A DNA stretch of 19,675 nt, from the NCBI GenBank assembly GCA_046262595.1, contig JBHEMM010000003.1, positions 12,179 through 31,853 of the forward strand, read 5' to 3'. Positions within the stretch are counted from its first letter, which is position 1. The number at the start of each line of letters is the position of its first letter. The notes under the pieces are model-generated. The model was not told where the DNA came from and made no database searches. It worked only from the letters and a program-made list of their open reading frames with translations. The DNA is from Vulcanimicrobiaceae bacterium (GTDB lineage: Bacteria; Vulcanimicrobiota; Vulcanimicrobiia; Vulcanimicrobiales; Vulcanimicrobiaceae). The position numbers and the translations under genes are program-made. Shown here in pieces: positions 16,312 through 19,675 of this stretch.

Positions 16312-17381
16312 TTGCCCACTTCGACGTTGACGCATTCTATGCCAGCGTCGAAATACGCGATAACCCGTCGCTGCGCGGCAAACCCGTTGCGGTCGCCGGT
16401 TCGAGCCGCCGCGCCGTGGTGCTCACGGCGTCTTACGAAGCGCGTCCGTTCGGCGTGAAAAGCGCTGTGCCGCTGTACAAGGCGCTCGCCGCCTGCCCGC
16501 AGCTCATCGTCGTACGGCCGGACATGGCCAAGTACAAAGAAAGCTCGCGGGCCGTGTTCCAAATCTTCGGCGCGCGCGGGCATAACGTGCAAGGCCTCTC
16601 GATGGACGAGGCATTCGTCGATTTCGGCGACATGCACGTTACGCCGGCGACGGAGCTCGCGCAAACGATGCGCGCGGAGATTCTGCGCGACGTCGGGCTC
16701 ACCGTCAGCGCCGGCGTGGCCACCGGAAAACTCGTTGCGAAGATGCTTTCCGATATGTGCAAGCCAAACGGCTTAAAGGCGCTCGAACCGGGCGAAGAAG
16801 CGGCGTTCCTCGCGCCGCTGCCTGTGGGGCGCCTCTGGGGCGTCGGCCCGAAGACGCAAGAACGGCTGCTCGAGCGCGGCATCACAACAATTGGCGACGT
16901 TGCGAACCTGAGCGACGAGCGGGTGCGCGCGATCTTCGGCGCCTGGGGCATGGAACTGCGCGATCTCGCGCGCGGCGTCGACCGCCGCGCCGTTGAACCC
17001 GATCGGGAAACAAAATCGATTTCCACCGAAGAAACGTTCGAATACGACGTGCGCGACGAGAAGCAGCTGGTGAATCTGCTGCGCGATCAGGCGACCGAAC
17101 TTGCGCAGAAACTCGAGCGCGAACAGCTTACGGCGTGCACCATCGGTATCAAGATCAAACGCTCGGATTTTAAAATTCTCGCGCGTCAGACGAACCTGGC
17201 CGAACCGACGGCCGACGCGCGGCGCATTTTTGCCGCGTCGCTGCACTGTCTGCGCCGCGCCGGATTGGGGCGCGCTCCGGTTCGGCTGCTCGGCACGCGT
17301 GTTGCCTCGCTTGTCGCCGGGGCGGCGAAACAACAGAGCCTGTTCCCCGCTAGCATCAAGCCGACGGAGATCAACCCATGA
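16308..17381 (+). CDS. dinB: DNA polymerase IV (Y family)
   Basis: Motifs IAHFDVDAFYASVE, ASYEAR.FGV.SA, SMDEAFVD, KPNG, LWGVG.KT and KSISTEETF. Confidence 0.95.
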   Translation: MIAHFDVDAFYASVEIRDNPSLRGKPVAVAGSSRRAVVLTASYEARPFGVKSAVPLYKALAACPQLIVVRPDMAKYKESSRAVFQIFGARGHNVQGLSMDEAFVDFGDMHVTPATELAQTMRAEILRDVGLTVSAGVATGKLVAKMLSDMCKPNGLKALEPGEEAAFLAPLPVGRLWGVGPKTQERLLERGITTIGDVANLSDERVRAIFGAWGMELRDLARGVDRRAVEPDRETKSISTEETFEYDVRDEKQLVNLLRDQATELAQKLEREQLTACTIGIKIKRSDFKILARQTNLAEPTADARRIFAASLHCLRRAGLGRAPVRLLGTRVASLVAGAAKQQSLFPASIKPTEINP

Positions 17382-17506
17382 TTGTCGCCACAACGGAAAA
17401 TATTGCGGGCCACCGCGTCAAGCAGACTGCGTTCGATCGTCGACGAAGAAATCACCCAATACACGTGCCGCTCGAAGAGGCGCGCCGTCACGCCGTGGAT
17501 CAAATG
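17378..17506 (+). pseudogene. YbjQ/UPF0145 family pseudogene, 5' part
   Basis: MIVATTENIAGHRVKQ, then after a frameshift and deletion LRSIVDEEITQYT, then after another frameshift LEEARRHAVDQM. It has an ATGA overlap with dinB. Confidence 0.8.
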
Positions 17507-17585
17507 CTATGGAGTGGCGTCGTACCGAGCGGCTATCAGTTCCGAAATTGCTTTTTCAAAGGCCGCATACTTACATAGCATTTGA

Positions 17586-18020
17586 ATGCAAACTATCGCG
17601 TTGTTCTTCACCATACTCGCTTTGGTAATTGCTTTTTTACCGGCGTCACTGCGTCGCGCAACCGCGATCCGCATCGCGCCCGGCCGATATTGCGACGGAT
17701 CGACGCTTGGCGGCATGGATTCGCTTCCGCCCGTATATCAGAGACGCGGAGGCGACGAAAACGTAGAGAGCATAGCGAAAATCGCTAATGACACGAACCG
17801 GACCGCGGGATGGATTTACAAAAGCACGTTCGCCCGGTTTTTCGTTCAGGCGAACGGGTTCATGCCGCGTGGCGATCAGCGCCGGGCTAAGGTGAGCGTC
17901 TCGCTTCCAGGGCGTAGCCAACGGTTCGTTTCCGGCATTAGTCTGCTACGTCGATATCCGTTGTGGCCCGATCTGCGCGTCTTGCGGTGCCGGTCATCAA
18001 TCCGTAACGCACTGCGGTAA
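17586..18020 (+). CDS. Hypothetical exported/membrane-anchored protein inserted within ybjQ
   Basis: 144 aa with a hydrophobic N-terminus (MQTIALFFTILALVIAFLPA), two Cys and an AT-rich upstream region. Confidence 0.55.
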   Translation: MQTIALFFTILALVIAFLPASLRRATAIRIAPGRYCDGSTLGGMDSLPPVYQRRGGDENVESIAKIANDTNRTAGWIYKSTFARFFVQANGFMPRGDQRRAKVSVSLPGRSQRFVSGISLLRRYPLWPDLRVLRCRSSIRNALR

Positions 18021-18026
18021 CACAAG

Positions 18027-18102
18027 GGCGTGATCAGGATGCGGTTCCGTTCTTCGCAGAATGGGCCAAACGATGAGCGAAATCGTCGGTTACGGGACGG
18101 CC
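18027..18102 (+). pseudogene. YbjQ/UPF0145 family pseudogene, 3' part
   Basis: GVIRMRFRSSQ, one extra base, then MGQTMSEIVGYGTA. This matches the recalled YbjQ C-terminal pattern AV..MRFDSSE.GQ.MSEIVAYGTA. Confidence 0.75.
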
Positions 18103-18804
18103 CATAAGGGCAAGCCGTCGCGCTGCTCACCGATGCAGCGTTCGATATGCGCGAGAACCTCAACGGCCACGACACGAGCGGCGAACTCGCATCAAGAGCG
18201 CTATCGCAAGCAGCAATCATCGCCGCAGTCAATACGACGCTGACCGCGCTCAAGGTCGAAGGTGCTAAAAACGCGAGCGTAACATTCAGTGCAAGCATGG
18301 CCACAGCTAGCAGGATGAGCGCGATGTAAGCAAGAGCCGCCGTTACCGAATCACCATAACTTCTTTCTACTGCCGAGATATTGCGTTAGCTCTTCTTTTT
18401 TCGATCAGAGCTTATCGGCCAAGGTCATTGTCGCTCGAGCGAGGCCGACGACCACGCCGGCGTAACGATTGCGCCGGCAGTTACGACGGCCCAGCGCCGC
18501 GACGACGACGACGCCGAAGCTGCACCTACGCAAACGCGCGTTTGGAACGCCCGCGCGTATTCTCGCCGGCATTTACCTATTTCGGTGTCGAATTTGTGGC
18601 GGTGATCGGCGCGTTAGTTTGCGCCAAACTCGCGCGCCTTAACGCGGCGCAGAACCTTGTACTTTCAGAAGCAACGAGGGTCGTAGTACGTTTTCCGGGT
18701 TGCGTAAAATTCACCTGACTTCAATTTGCTCGACGTCATCGCGAACACCAAGCAGCGGGCACTCCCGTCCCTGGTTGAACTGACGATTCGTCAAGGGGGG
18801 ATTG

Positions 18805-19569
18805 TCATTCAGCGATACCGGTGCGTCGAACGCGCCAAATCTGCTCAGCCGGCCACTTGCGTGCCCAATCATGCCCAACAAAGTCCGTGTAGGTCGTCTC
18901 AGGTTCTTGAGGCGCACGTATTTCGATGAGGTCCTCAATGATAAAGCCGCAACTTCGAAACAGCGCAATCCATTGGCCGTACGGCAGGGAGAAATTTACT
19001 GAGGACGCGTCTTCAAAGCGATGCTGTTCAAAATAATCGGCGTGCAGCCGCTCATCTACGCGACCCTCAAGTTCGTTCCAACAGATGTTCAGGATGGGAG
19101 TCGACGCTGAAAACGCAAGTAGGCCGCCAGGGCGCAACAGTCGTGCGGCCTCGGGGACCGTCCGACGCGGATCGCAGAACGTCATTGCGCCGTGGTCGCA
19201 GAAAACGATGTCGAACGATTCGTCGGGCAGTGGAACGGCTTCAGCGGTGGCGTGAAGCAGCGGAAATTCAACGCCGCCGGAACGCATCAGCGCTCGAGCA
19301 TGCTCAAGCTGGCGTTGAGAATTGTCGAGGCCTACGCACTTTGCGCCCAGCTTGGTAAGCGCGATGGACCATCGCGCCGCGCCGCAGCCGAATTCCAAAG
19401 TGTCCTTACCCCCGACGTCACCCAAAACGTGAAGATCCGCTTCAGAAATCGACCAACAGCCCCAAGCCATAGGATGAAGCTGCAGCTGTGCACCATGACG
19501 GGCTTCATAGGAATCCGCGTTGCGATCCCAATGAACGCGGTTTTTAAGCGTGTGGCTTGTCAGCTCCAT
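18805..19569 (-). CDS. Class I SAM-dependent methyltransferase
   Basis: 254 aa with TLEFGCGAARWS, VGLDNS, AEAVPLPDESFDIVFCDHGA and EAARLLRPGG. Confidence 0.9.
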   Translation of the reverse strand: MELTSHTLKNRVHWDRNADSYEARHGAQLQLHPMAWGCWSISEADLHVLGDVGGKDTLEFGCGAARWSIALTKLGAKCVGLDNSQRQLEHARALMRSGGVEFPLLHATAEAVPLPDESFDIVFCDHGAMTFCDPRRTVPEAARLLRPGGLLAFSASTPILNICWNELEGRVDERLHADYFEQHRFEDASSVNFSLPYGQWIALFRSCGFIIEDLIEIRAPQEPETTYTDFVGHDWARKWPAEQIWRVRRTGIAE

Positions 19570-19675
19570 GTCGCGTTGTTCGAGACATATTCAGCAAATC
19601 GCTGCTTACCGTAGTCAAGTATTGACGTTGGCCCGGGTCGGCTTCTAAAACATAACGATGGCCGCAGTTCAGTTC

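Noticed and set aside
65..19614. Numerous antisense and alternate-frame ORFs in the six-frame track (e.g. 11831-12772, 14657-15577, 9934-10749)
   Set aside because: They are shadow ORFs expected in high-GC coding DNA. They overlap confidently identified genes and carry no recognisable motifs.
19614..19675. GTCAA-gta-TTGAC palindrome and a possible gene start at ATG 19658
   Set aside because: These are probably back-to-back -35 boxes, but the -10 matches are poor and the window ends after six codons.

Overview
GC-rich, gene-dense bacterial chromosomal window. Its style loosely suggests a soil Terrabacteria lineage such as Eremiobacterota, but that is an impression only. From left to right it holds: (1) a GAF-PP2C(SpoIIE)-HATPase regulator and a convergent exodeoxyribonuclease III (xth); (2) an orphan sufB on the minus strand, split by a 1-nt frameshift and apparently leaderless behind a palindromic operator; (3) a divergent speD with a ~195-nt structured leader holding two short uORFs, one of which contains Pro-Pro and has its stop overlapping the speD TTG start; (4) an M30-like zinc metallopeptidase lipoprotein; (5) a tightly coupled run of speE-like aminopropyltransferase, internally deleted SDR mini-gene, PaaI thioesterase and gcvT-gcvH-gcvPA-gcvPB; (6) a coupled genome-maintenance operon of NUDIX, scpA, scpB, methyltransferase, nfo, dinB and ybjQ, where ybjQ is a pseudogene split by a ~0.5-kb insertion carrying an exported protein; (7) a decayed stretch and a minus-strand SAM methyltransferase. 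No rRNA, tRNA, CRISPR array or transposase was seen. The best candidate for an undescribed system is a uORF- or RNA-structure-based polyamine feedback control of speD.
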